Shown here: positions 1 to 12,900 of the stretch, one piece after another
Layout: every line of letters begins with the position of its first letter
Numbering within the stretch: the stretch's first letter is position 1
DNA from: Octopus sinensis
Lineage: Eukaryota
Assembly: GCF_006345805.1 (NCBI RefSeq)
Contig: NC_043015.1
Coordinates: 18,104,001-18,168,000 of the forward strand
Direction: 5' to 3'
DNA: 64,000 nucleotides
The notes under the pieces: model-generated
The model's database searches: none
What the model saw: only the letters and a program-made list of their open reading frames with translations
Told to the model about the DNA's origin: nothing
Translations under genes and position numbers: made by a program

Positions 1-2726
1 ACCCTTCACATGGTCAGAGATTTAGGGACATCCTCATCAAGAAATTTGATGAGAGGGAGGAGGAGCTACAGACGTCAGACATAGAAGGTAGCTGGAAATT
101 CCTATGGGATAGTTTGCTGAGTGCCACAGACCAAGTCTGTGGATGGTGCAAAGTCCCTTCCAGACCTAGAGTTACTTGGTGGTGGAATAGTGCAGTAGAC
201 AAAGCTATTAGTGCAAAGAAACAGGCCTGGAAAGCCTGGAGGGATGGGGGTAGCAGGGAACTGTACCCGGTAGCCAAAAGGGAGGCTGGGCGGCAGGTAC
301 ACATAGCCAAAGATGTAGCAGAAAAGAAGTTTGCCAATGTCCAGCGACGTGAGGACCAAAGAACTGAGGTATTTCGGATTGCTAGACAGTGTGTGAGAGA
401 AAATAGTGATGTTACAGGAGAGAAATGTGTCCGCATGGATGATGGTGCACTTGCTTTTAATGATGGTGAAAAGAAAGAGGCTTGGAGAAGCCATTATGAA
501 AGACTGCTGAATGTGGAGAATGAATGGGAGGAGGAGAGCCTGCCAAATGTTGACCCAGCAGAGGGACCAGCTATCCGAATAGACAGCTCCCTTGTAGTTA
601 AGGCAATTAGGGGTAGGGGTATGAAACCAGGTAAAGCCCCCGGCCCATCAGGAATCACTGCTGAGATGCTTAAAACAGCTGGTTATGTGGGCTATGGCCT
701 AGTCACCCGCATTGTAAACCAGGTAGTTCATAATGGAGTCATACTCAATGACTGGCGTAGCAGCACCATAATCAACTGCTACAAGGGTAAGGGTGATGCT
801 CTAGTTAGAAATAACTACAGGGGTATTAAACTGTTGGATCAGGTGATGAAGGTCACAGAGTGGATCATAACCCATCTCATTAGGGAGAGAATTTGCTTAG
901 ATGAGATGCAGTTCAGTTTTGTGCCGGGTAGAAGCACCACTGATGCTATATTCCTGGTCCGACAACTGCAAGAGAAGTACCTAGCTAAAGATAAACCCCT
1001 CTACATAGCTTTTGTGGATTTTGACAGGGTCCCCCAATCCCTTATCTGGTGGTTGATGCGGAAACTGGAGATTGACGAATGGCTAATAAGGGCTGTACAG
1101 GCCCTATATAGAGAGGCTGTCAGCAAGGTTAGGATTGGCAACAAATATAGTGAAGAATTCCGGGTAGAAGTAGGTGTACACCAAGGCTCAGCCCTCAGTC
1201 CCCTTTTATTCATCATAGTCCTCCAGGCAATAACAGAGGAATTCAAAACAGGTTGCCCCTGGGAGCTCCTCTATGCTGATGACCTGGCTCTCATAGCAGA
1301 ATCACTACAGGAACTAGAAAAGAAATTTTGGGTGTGGAAGCAAGGGTTAGAATCAAAGGGCCTTAGAGTAAATGTAGCAAAGACCAAAGTTATAGTAAGC
1401 AGAAAGGCGAACTCAGCACACACCCCCTCGGGCAGGTGGCCCTGCTCGATCTGTAGGAAAGGTGTAGGTAGAAACTCCATAAGATGTACCCAGTGTAAGC
1501 TATGGACACATAAGAGGTGCAACAACATCAAAAGGAAATTAACTGATAAGATAGCTTTCGTGTGTGGCAGATGCACAGGGGCAATAGACACCACAGATAC
1601 TCAGAAAACAGATTTCATCACACTCCAGGGGGAGAAACTAGAAGTAGTTGATAGTTTCCACTACTGGGTGACCAAGTTAGTAGTGGAGGTGGATGCTCAG
1701 AGTGTCACCACTAGAATACGAATAGCCTGGGCAAAGTTTAGAAAGCTCCTACCCCTACTGGTGACAAAGGGTCTCTCGCTCAGAGTGAAAGGTAGATTGT
1801 ATGATGCATGTGTGCGAACTGCCATGCTTCACGGTAGTGAAACATGGGCCGTGACTGCAGAGGACATGTGTAGACTTGAAAGAAATGAAGCTAGCATGAT
1901 CCGCTGGATGTGTAATGTCAGTGTGCACACGCGACAGAGTGTAAGCGCCCTGAGAGAAATGCTGGATGTGGTGTGCATGAGAGACGTTTGCGCTGGTATG
2001 CTCATGTACTACTGATGAGTAGAGATGTGTGAAGAAGTGCCGCTCCCAAACAGTTGAAGGTATCAGGGGGAGAGGTAGACCCAGGAAGACATGGGATGAG
2101 GTAGTCAAGCATGACCTCAGAGCGCTGGGCTTCACAGAGGCAATGGCGAAGGACCGAGATCTCTGGAGATATGCTGTGACTGCAAAGACCCGGGCTGCTT
2201 CCTGCACCAGTTCCGCATAGCCCCTGCCCATTCAAAGTACCTGGATTCCAGAACATCCTGCTGTGCTTGAGGAGACCTATTGAGTCAAGTACATGAACAC
2301 TGAAATAAATATCAATGGAAATAGTAGATGTGATACCTGTGCCGGTGGCACATAAAAAAGCAACAACCGAACGTGGTCAATGCCAAATGAGGTGAAGATG
2401 CAAGTGGACTAGGTTAGAAATCCCTATCGTAAAAGGTGTGATTACTAGGGCAAAAAACGCACACTTTGACAAGTCTGCTCTGGCTCCCGTGCCGGTGGCA
2501 CGTTAAAAGCACCAACCGATCGTGGCCGATGCCAGACTCCCCTGGCACGTAAAAAGCACCCACTACACTCATGGAGTGGTTGGCGTTAGGAAGGGCATCC
2601 AGCTGTAGAAACACTGCCAGATCAAACTGGAGCCTGGTGCAGCCCCTGGCTTCTCAGAACCTGGTCGAACCGTCCAACCCGTGCTAGTGCAGAAAACGGA
2701 CGCTAAACGATGATGATGATGATGAT
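1..2726 (+). mobile_element. RTE-clade LINE (subfamily 1), truncated at window edge, decayed RT ORF, 3' UTR and (GAT)n tail
   Basis: ORF 114-2015 has RT motifs (QFSFVPGRSTTDAIF, GVHQGSALSPLLF, LLYADD). There is a frameshift near 1663, a C-terminal fragment at 2029-2220 (RGRGRPRKTW) and (GAT)n at 2709-2726. Confidence 0.95.
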
Positions 2727-5046
2727 TACAATCATATGTATAAATAATCAAAATAAACAAATGAAATAAGCAAATAAACAAGTAAATAAATAAAAATCAA
2801 TATCTATAAATCTGAAATGCGAAAAGTTTGTTTGTCTGGTTTTGGCATTGGAACGGTTTAAAGGCCACTAGATCCCGTTGGATTGACTCCAAAATTTACA
2901 GGGACATGTAAAATGAGGTGAAGATGCAAGTGGACTAGGTTAGAAATCCCTATCTTAAAAGGTGTGATTACTAGGGCAAAAAACGCACACTTTGACAAGT
3001 CTCCTCTCATTCTCTTATCTGCATGTCTTCCTCACTTTCTCTCTATAACGACGTTTGACAGATACTACTATCTTTTCCCCCCACTGCCTTCGCCAGCGCT
3101 GTTCCTCTTTCCCCAACCGCCTCCCTCTCTCTCTCTATATATATGTCTGTCTGCATTCATAGAGTTTTATTATCGCCACCACCACCACACAATCATGAGA
3201 ACAAATATTATGAATCAGATATTTATTGAGTTAATTTAAATATATGTGTGTGTGTGTGTGTGTTCTATATATAAATATGTATATATAATGTATATATACA
3301 AAGTGTATATATCTGTATTTATATATATATGTATCCCTCCCTTCCTGAGCGTCCAATAATACTATATTTGTTCCACGTCCTCGCGTTGTGTTTTCTCTTT
3401 GTGTTTTCATGTTTGGATTAACTTTATATATATATATATATATAATGTGTGCATTATGTGGTCGGTTGAGTTGAAAATATGCACACCTATGTTAAAAGTG
3501 CTGGTGAGTTTGCATGGCAACTATTTTTTTCCTCAAATGAAAGGCATGACTTCTAGGACAAAATTCCTCATCTTATAAAATGTGGCCTGAGTAGACCTGA
3601 ATGAAATCGGGTTATATTAACCAAAATGTGAAAAGGGGTCTAAATGGGGCTGGAAGGGGATTAAAATTTACAGGAGCGGGTGTTTAGGAATTCTCTGTTA
3701 CATCAAGCTAAAAAATTTGCGCCAGCCTTTAAATCTTCAATGTGTTGCCATCAATGATGAAGAAGTTGTTAATGCTTGCATTGGTGAGTCTACTATCGTG
3801 AGAAAGAATCATTTCAAAACTTGGTGTTTAGGAATTTTCTTTTACATCAAATTCAAAATTTTACGCCAGCCATTAAACTGCCACTACGTTGCTGTCCAGC
3901 ATTAAGAAATACCAGTCACGGTGACTCTACTATCCTCAGATTCTATCCCTTCAAACTTTGGTTTCTAAAATTTTTTAATTTTTATTCAGCTCGCAAGTTC
4001 GTCTGTCCCTTTTAAATGTTAGTGTTTTGCTGTCTGCCTTGAAGCAGACCTTTCCGTTGTCACTGCCTGATATTTATGATTGATCTTTCAAAATATTTTC
4101 TTTCTAAACTTACTCAAGCTTTTTGTTGTTTATAAATGGGAGAGAGATAGATAGAGAAAGATAGAGTAAGAGAAAGCGAGGGAAAGTCCGAGAGAAAGGA
4201 AGAGTAAAAGAGTGTGAAAGTGAGAGAGAAAGGGGAGAGAAACAAAGAGGGAGAATGTGGTGATAAAAAACAGAAAGGAAGCAACAGAAAGTAACAACCA
4301 CACTCTTACCCGCACGTAGAATGGGTCACCTTAAGCTAGTATAAATTAAAGATAAATAAAAATAAATAAGTGAATAACAATAAATGAATGAAAAAATACT
4401 AAACTTTTACGACTGTTTCTATTATGGGGCTGTTCAAGTTTTCCACATCATACCAGTAACATACAGGGATTTTACAAAGGTTGAACAAACATTGGACAAT
4501 GATTGAGCCCCAAAGCTTCATCAGAGAGACCATAATGTTAGGAATCTAACAAGTGAGGAAGTAGAGTAAAATAAAATAATAAAATAACATAATAGAGACA
4601 GTAAGGAATGGTAAGAACATCAATTCCACAGTGATATCCATAAGCTATGGGATTACATCTTATGATAAAGAAAGTCACTTCCAGGAGTAATTTCCACAGG
4701 CTATGAGAGTTACAGCCTATTTCAATTTCAATACACACACAAATATATATACATACATATATACTCACACGCACACATATATAATCAATTAATTAATAAT
4801 TTTACCAAGTAGCTCGGTACATTAAAATAACCTTTATAGGTAAAATTATACAAATATTCTATAATTATAAACATAATTATAATTAGGGGTCAGCTTCACA
4901 TACTGAATTTAGAAATAGGAGTTAAAAATTCCTTTTCTGCTACTATAAGAATCTCCATGACAGTAACACACTTTTTTATGTAGGCAAAGAGAAAAACAAC
5001 AAATCCGATTAGCCACAGACGCATTTCAATATTAAAGTGTTTTTAA

Positions 5047-5110
5047 TTACTTATACATACATATATGTATATATATATATATACATACATACATACATAT
5101 ATATATATAT

Positions 5111-5143
<33 letters not shown>

Positions 5144-5247
5144 CATACATACATATATATATATATACATACATACATATATATATATATATATGTACAT
5201 ACATACATACATATATATATATATAAATACATATATATATATATATT
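5047..5247. repeat. Compound (TA)n/(TACA)n microsatellite
   Basis: Direct reading; it explains the IYIY-rich spurious ORFs. Confidence 0.97.
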
Positions 5248-5289
5248 ATATTAAATTAGAGATTAATAAATATAGTATAGAGAGATTTT

Positions 5290-6703
5290 ATTCTTTATTT
5301 GTGAATTCATTCTTTTTACAATGATAAACAAATAATTTTCCCATTCATAATCTTTAATAAACGTAGGTTCCTCACGCGTAATGAATTATAAATAATTTTC
5401 CCATTCATAATCTTTAATAAACGTAGGTTCCTCACGCGTAATGAATTCTTCAACAATTTATTCTTTTTTTTTGCTAATAACGTAATTCCACGAGTATTCT
5501 TATAAACGCTGTAAAAGACGTTTTCTGATTCAAAATTTTAGTTCATTGATTAAACCTCGCTAAGTTAAGTATGTATTTATTTAAGATCTTCAAATTGTAA
5601 ATTTTAATATTGTATAAGCCTTTGGAGTAATAATATTCTCCTTATGTAAATATCGTTGTTTATGTAATGATCTAATTATCGTAATTTTCTATATTATTAG
5701 ATATTAAATTTAAGTTTATTTGTAAGATACTTCTTAGCGATAGATTTATTATTTGATAGCAAGCATAAGAGGTGTATTAAGTTAGGCTTTGTATATACAT
5801 GTTTTAATAGTATTAATTGTAGTTTTAAATTTATAATTAAATTAGATAAACTTTGATAAACTTAGATATGTTTCGACTAAAGATTGGTCCAGGCCATGTC
5901 TAATTTAATATCATAACTTAGTTATTACTTTAAATTTATATTCGATAATTATTCCCATTCATAATTATATTTATAGTACTTATAGTATTTATTCGATACT
6001 ATATCACTACGATTTGATTATTTCTAAAAGTATTTTACATAAGATTTCTGAAAGTTCGTTTAAGTTAGTTTATTTGTATTTTGAAATTAGCTATTTCATC
6101 TTTAAATATGAAAAATTAAATTTATTAGGTTTTTATTATATGTGCATATACAATTATTTATAAAGATTATTTTAGATCTTGATTATAATATTTATATATA
6201 TATTTTCATTGATAATTTATATATATTAGTCATTTTAAATATTTATGTAATTAGATATAGACTAATATTGATATTAGATTATGGGTTTCCTACCTTATAA
6301 ATTAAAATTAATATTTAACATTATAGTCGATTTGGATATAATCATAATTGATAATAGAGTTTATTATAAGTAAAATTATTATATTATATATATTATTTAT
6401 ATCTTTAAAATATTGATTATATTTTAGATATTTAAACCACCTGAAGAATGACTGTAACTCGAAATTTTAAGAATTGACAGTCATGAAACAATCGTAGTGT
6501 TATACTAATTATTTTTTAAATAATTTTGATATATATTTAAATAATATAAATTAAATAATCTTATGTATTGGCTTAAGTTTTTCATTGTATGATTTGCCTA
6601 ATAGTGGTTTTATCTCTAATTTAATATAATATTTTACTATAAAATTGGATTCAATCCTAAATCTGATTTTTCCCTGTAAGTTTGGATTCATTCCCTAATA
6701 TTT

Positions 6704-6705
<2 letters not shown>
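5290..6705 (+). mobile_element. AT-rich non-coding element ending in a hammerhead motif and a repeated tail; candidate non-autonomous Penelope-like/retrozyme-like element
   Basis: Bounded by (TA)n tracts, with an internal 60-bp tandem duplication (5330-5447). The tail 6505-6705 recurs at 22385-22605 and, more diverged, at 8590-8730. Confidence 0.55.
6434..6503 (+). ncRNA. Minimal type I hammerhead ribozyme
   Basis: CAC-CTGAAGA(6441-6447)-ATGACTGT(6448-6455)...ACAGTCAT(6477-6484)-GAAAC(6485-6489)-AATC-GTA(6494-6496)-GTG. Stem II is a perfect 8-bp duplex, stem III is 2 bp and stem I is CAC/GTG. Confidence 0.85.
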
Positions 6706-6741
<36 letters not shown>

Positions 6742-6774
6742 CCATTATCTACTATACTATATATATATACTATA

Positions 6775-6805
<31 letters not shown>

Positions 6806-8082
6806 TTAGGGAGTATACATTAGTTAGTCACTTTGCGATATCTCTTATTATAAAAGGCAGATTTTATCTGCCTCCCTTTGTCACTTATAGAAATCTACAA
6901 TATAGGATTTCTTCAATTACAATTTACCTAGCATTTTTAAGAGTAGAATGCATCAGGTCATGCCAGGTCCAGTTTTTAAAATTTCAACCCCAATTAAGCA
7001 AAATTTAGAGAAAACTCACATTGTGGTGTATGAGTCAAATGCTTCTCTTAATGTGGGCTACAGCACTCGCACACACACACACACACAAAAAGGGAGCGAT
7101 CTCATTCACTCACTCTATCACTCATTTCTACGACTTTCTCTTTGCAAGTTTGCAGCGATTAAAGTGAAACTAATTCGATAAAACGAGAGAAGTGTACCTT
7201 AAACCACTACTAAAAAAAAAAAAAACAGCAAACAGAAACAAATAAATACATAACGATTTACTCCTCACACAATTTCTTCAATTAGAGTGTACCCATGATT
7301 TTTCAGAGTACTTCCAGTGGGTGATGCCATAAAAAATTTCTTTCAATTTTACCACCAATTAAGACAAAATTCGAGAAAACTCAATATTTTAACATTTCAC
7401 TCTGAAAGCATTGATGTACATGTGTGCGTGCGTGAGTGTGTGTGTGTCATTCCTCACACACATGCATACACATACATATATGAGAGTGGCAAACACAAAC
7501 GTTTCAAACAACTACATACAAACACGTGTGTGTTTGTTATTAGTAAAAAAGGCGCCAAAACACAACTCACTTATCATTCCAACACATTTGCAAAGACACA
7601 CGGACGGTCGAATTGCTATAACAATACAGAAAAGGTAAATTGGTTTTTATTTTACTCTATAGATATATGTATATATAATTGCAGTATGAAACAGTGTTTA
7701 TGTATAAACAGACGACACTTATATATAGTTATTAATAAATGTATGCATCCGTTTAACCCTTTCGTTACCAAACCGCCCGAATTTACCTATTTATATTTAA
7801 ATGAGAATATCAGAGTAAATCTCTTTAGTACATTCGTGAAAACACGTATTATACTTCGTAAACACTTCAAATACAGTTTTGTACAAAAATCGAAGTGTAA
7901 TTTTAATTCCGTGAATTATGGGAGATTTTTTTCCGAAATTTGTTCCTATTGTGTTTTCAAAATTTGTAATTCTGACAAAAAATGGATACGAATTTCATTA
8001 TATCAAGCAGCGAGTCAGAATTCGAAGGATTTTCTACTGAAGACCTTCATAAATCTAACTCTATGACTGAAAAAAAAAAGCA

Positions 8083-8467
8083 TCTTTATATAAGAGTGAA
8101 GTTGTGTGTCTGTCTCCTACGATTTAGATTTGTAACTACTTCCACATTTTGCGGTGCAGTTTAACCAAAAGCGGGTATCTTATAGTCATGATTCATATCG
8201 AGCCCTTCTGGGTATTAGCGCGCGTCTATGATGAGTCTACGATTTAAAAAAAATTTACCATCATATTTTCCCATTTTAATGCATTTTTTTCGCTTTTATA
8301 TAAGGGAAGTAACTCTCTAAAAATATCTACGATGTGTCAACGATTTTTAAAAAAAATTTACCTTTATTTTTTTTCAATTTTTAATGCATTTTTGGGCTAT
8401 AACTCTCTAAAAATGCTTATATAGTTATTTCCCTTACAACCCGAGCAACGCCGGGCGATACTGCTAG
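8083..8467 (+). mobile_element. Non-autonomous Helitron
   Basis: 5' TC at 8083, subterminal hairpin cccgagcaacgccggg (8440-8455), 3' CTAG (8464-8467), inserted between A and T. Confidence 0.8.
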
Positions 8468-8727
8468 TATATCATAAAAATGTTTTTGATAATAGTAATA
8501 AGTATTAATATTGAAATTCATTTCAATTAAATTTAAATTTAATTGTAATTCGAATTTAATTCTAGCCATGAAACGTACGTAGTTTTTTTACTTATTATAT
8601 ATTGATTATTCATTTTTATACTTTTTGAGATTTAGTTAAATGTTTTATAAAAATATTTTTTATTTGTTATTTATGTTTGGTTTATGTCTATCACTGTCTG
8701 AGTTGCATAATAGTGGTTTTATCCCTA

Positions 8728-8782
<55 letters not shown>

Positions 8783-8783
<1 letters not shown>

Positions 8784-9690
8784 TTTTCACCTGCCATTCA
8801 TATTCATACTTTTAAGCGTTGATCGTAAACCTAATCCCGTTTCTCTATTATCTATATCGCCATGTTGTCAACATGGCTTCCTGTCTGTTTCAATTCCTTC
8901 TCTGTTTTAAGGCCTCCCCATGTTATTCCATTCCCCATGATTCCTTTACAAAGTACTATCTCGCTCCCTCTCATTTAAATTATGTTCTACTAAATTTCCA
9001 AAGTTTCTAGATGGTGGGTAATATTCCCTACGATTTATATTCATTCTCGTTGCTCCTTCCAAAGTTTCTAGATGGTGTGTAATATTCCCTATGAATTATA
9101 TTCAACCCCATATTTTAAGCGTTGATCGTAAACCAAATCCCGTTTCTCTATTATCTATATTGCCATACTGTCAACATGGCTTCCTGTCTTTTCAATTCCT
9201 TCTTTGCTTTCAAGGCCACCCTGTTATTCCATCCCCAGGATTCCTTACAAAGTACTATTCTCGCTCCCTCTCATTTAAATTGTTTTACTCACCCCCCCCC
9301 CCCACAATCCCTAACTCCTTATAAACCAGTGTACGATTTTATTTCATCCCATTTCTCAAGCTACTTGATGACAACACGGATCTCAGAAATATGACCAGCT
9401 AAGCGATCTTAACTTTTCACCTGCCATTCATATTCATACTTTTAAGCGTTGATCGTAAACCTAATCCCGTTTCTCTATTATCTATATCGCCATGTTGTCA
9501 ACATGGCTTCCTGTCTGTTTCAATTCCTTCTTTGTTTTCAGGCCTCCCCGTGTTATTCCATTCCCCATGATTCCTTTACAAAGTACTATCTCGCTCCCTC
9601 TCATTTAAATTATGTTCTACTAAATTTCCAAAGTTTCTAGATGGTGGGTAATATTCCCTACGATTTATATTCATTCTCATTGCTCCTTCG
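8783..9690. repeat. Tandem array of about 300-bp units (A-B-A, 630-bp period) upstream of the RTE copy
   Basis: 8783-9058 is near-identical to 9413-9688; the middle unit is diverged. A units contain the near-palindrome gccatgttgtcaacatggc. Confidence 0.85.
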
Positions 9691-9929
9691 AGGCGCCCGC
9701 CCTCCCACCCCCTCCACCAATACCGGAAGTTTCTACCGCTGTCTTGACCCCCCCCCCGCGTATACACCGACGTCAGTTCTATTTGATCATATGGAGCAAA
9801 AACGGTGAAACGTATGCAGCTGTAGTCTCTCGCCCTCCACCAACACCGGAAGTTTCTAACCCCGTCTTACTTTACCACCCCCAACCGCACCCCCATGTAG
9901 GGCTTATTTGATCATATAGCGCAAAAACT

Positions 9930-12900
9930 GTGAAATGTATGCAGGTTGAAGTCTAGTGTTTCAGTATGAAATCTGCCAACTGCAAGCTTTCTTTTCAGGT
10001 ACATGACACGACTGTCCCTCATCCCAGGGTCTCAGAGGCCTACACCTCCCACACCCTCAGAGTTGGCACACTCAATGTTGGCACATTGAAAGGTAGGTCT
10101 GGAGAGATTGTAGAGCTGCTTGAACGGAGACGTGTGGATGTATGTTGTATTCGGGAAGTAAGGTGGAGAGGAGGTTCCGCTAGGCTCCTCACAGGCAAGG
10201 AACACAGGTACAAGATTTTCTGGGCAGGGAACACTGACGGGGTCGGGGGCGTGGGTATACTACTTGCGGAGAAATGGGTAGGTAAGGTAATCGAGGTAGT
10301 CAGAGTAAGTGACAGAGTAATTAAAATTAGATTAGTCCTTCACCACAGGACAGCTACCATCATCTCGGCATATGCCCCTCAACCAGGACTACCGGAAGGA
10401 CAAAAAGACCAATTCTATGACACCCTATTGCGGACTACCTCGTTGACAAATGACAGTGACCTTCTCTTCGTGGCAGGTGATTTCAATGGACATGTCGGAC
10501 GGCATGTTGGGGGCTTCCATGGCATCCATGGAGGCTACGGCTTTGGCTCTCGTAATGAGGAGGGAACCAGGCTGCTGGAGTTCTGCGATGCAAATGACCT
10601 TATGGTCTGCAATACCAACTTCAGGAAACCCACCTCTCACCTAGTCACCTACCGTTCTGGCAGACACACCAGCCAGATTGACTACATCCTTTCCAGAAAA
10701 AGGGAAAGAGGGCTGATTATAAATGCCAAAACCTTTCCAGGTGAAGAATGTACTCCTCAACATAGATTAGTAGTTAGCGACTTCAGGATCAGAGCTAAAT
10801 GGTTGCCCAGAAGAAGACCAGCTTGGAGGAGAAGGGTCTGGAAGCTTAAAGATCCTGCAAATGGACAGAGATTTAGAGACATACTACTCGAAGCCTTTGA
10901 CGAAATAGAAGGGGATATAGCTTCACTTAATGTGGAAGACAACTGGAGATTTCTACGGGACAATCTGCTGACAGCCACTGACCAGATCTGTGGATGGAGC
11001 AAAGTACCATCTCGACCCAGAGTAACATGGTGGTGGAACACTGTGGTTGACAGGGCTATTAGACAAAAGAGACAGGCTTGGAAGGACTGGAAGAACGGTG
11101 GTAGCAGGGAATTGTATCAGACAGCCAGAAGGGAAGCTAGGAGACAGGTTTATTTAGCCAGAGGGGAAGCGGAAAAGAAAAAATTTGCCAATGTTCTGCG
11201 CCGTGAGGATGAAAGACTTGAGGTATTTCGTGTTGCAAGACAGTGTGTGAGAGAGAATCGTGATGTGGTAGGAGAGAAGTGTGTTCGCATGGATGATGGT
11301 TCACTTGCGCTAAATGAGGATGCAAAGAGAGAGGTTTGGAGATGCCACTATGAAAGGTTGCTGAATAAAGAAAATGAATGGGATAAAGAGAGTCTGCCGA
11401 ATGTTGACCCAACAGAGAGACCAGCTATCCGAGTTGATAGTTCCGTTGTAGCTAAGGCAATTAGAAGCATGAAGACAGGGAAAGCCCCAGGCCCATCAGG
11501 AATTACTGCAGAGATGCTCAAAATATCTGGCAGTGTCGGCTATAACCTAGTCACCCGTATAGTCAACCAGGTGATACACGAAGGAGTCATACCCAAAGAC
11601 TGGTGTAGCAGCATACTAGTCAACTGCTACAAAGGTAAAGGTGATGCCCTAGATACAAATAATTACAGAGGTATCAAGCTGTTGAATCAGGTAATGAAGG
11701 ATACGGAGAGGGTCATAGCCCAACTAATTAGAGAGAGAGTTAGTTTAGATGAGATGCAGTTTGGGTTCGTGCCAGGGAAAAGCACCACTGATGCTATCTA
11801 TATTCCTGGTAAGGCAGCTGCAGGAGAAATACCTAGCCAAAGATAAGCCCCTGTACCTGGCTTTCGTTGACATGGAGAAAGCCTTTGACAGGGTCCCCCG
11901 ATCCCTCATCTGGTGGTCAATGAGGAAACTAGGGATAGATGAATGGCTGGTGAGGGCTGTGCAAGCCATGTACAGAGATGCCGTAAGTAAGGTTAGGGTT
12001 GGCAACATGTACACAGAAGAATTCAAAGTAGAGGTTGGGGTCCACCAGGGTTCAGTACTCAGCCCCCTCCTATTTATCATAGTCCTCCAGGCAATTGTGG
12101 AGGAATTCAAGACAGGTTGCCCCTGGGAGCTCCTCTATGCTGACGACCTCGCTCTAATTGCTGAGTCACTATCAGAACTGGAGGAGAAGTTCCAGGTGTG
12201 GAAGGAGGGTTTAGAATCGAGGGACCTTAGAGTCAACCTAGCTAAAACCAAAGTACTAATAAGTAGGAAGGTAGACAATCCACAAATGTCCTCAGGAAGA
12301 TGGCCCTGCTCGATCTGTAGAAAAGGTGTAGGTAGAAACTCTATAAGATGTACCCAGTGTAAGCTATGGACACATAAGAGGTGCAGCAATGTCAAAGGTA
12401 GGCTAACTGAGAAGATAGTTTTTGTATGTGGCAGATGCTCGGGAGCATTGACCTCCGAAGATCTGCAGAAAACAACTTCCGTCACTTTCCAAGGGGAAAA
12501 ATTAGAAGTAGTTGATAGCTTCCGTTATCTAGGTGACCAAGTCAGTAGTGGGGGTGGGTGCACTGAGAGTGTAACTGCTAGAATAAGAATAGGCTGGGCA
12601 AAGTTTAGGGAGCTCTTACCTCTGCTGGTGACTAAAGGCCTCTCGCTCAGAGTAAAGGGCAGACTGTATGATGCATGTGTACGAACTGCCATGCTACATG
12701 GCAGTGAAACATGGGCCGTGACTGCTGAGGACATGCGTAAGCTCATGAGGAATGAAGCCAGTATGCTCCGATGGATGTGTAATGTCAGTGTACTTACTCG
12801 ACAGAGCGTTAGTTCCTTGAGAGAAATGTTGTACCTAAGAAGCATCAGTTGTTGTGTGCAAGAGAGACGATTGCGCTGGTATGGGCATGTGGCGAGAATG

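Noticed and set aside
4400-4530. Possible hammerhead on - (CTGATGA at 4518-4524, ggggct/agcccc stem, GAAAC-AGTC-GTA near 4408-4419)
   Set aside because: The base of stem II and stem I are mismatched and the loop is about 85 nt. It may be a very old copy but is not supportable alone.
5037-5324. Tyr/Ile-rich ORFs (also 6682-7008, 8677-8910 and 46773-47093)
   Set aside because: They are translations of (TA)n microsatellites.
5290-6705. Mitochondrial insertion (NUMT), suggested by extreme AT content; also the hydrophobic ORF at 8640-8822
   Set aside because: No recognisable mitochondrial rRNA, tRNA or protein motif. The tails are dispersed repeats associated with a hammerhead.
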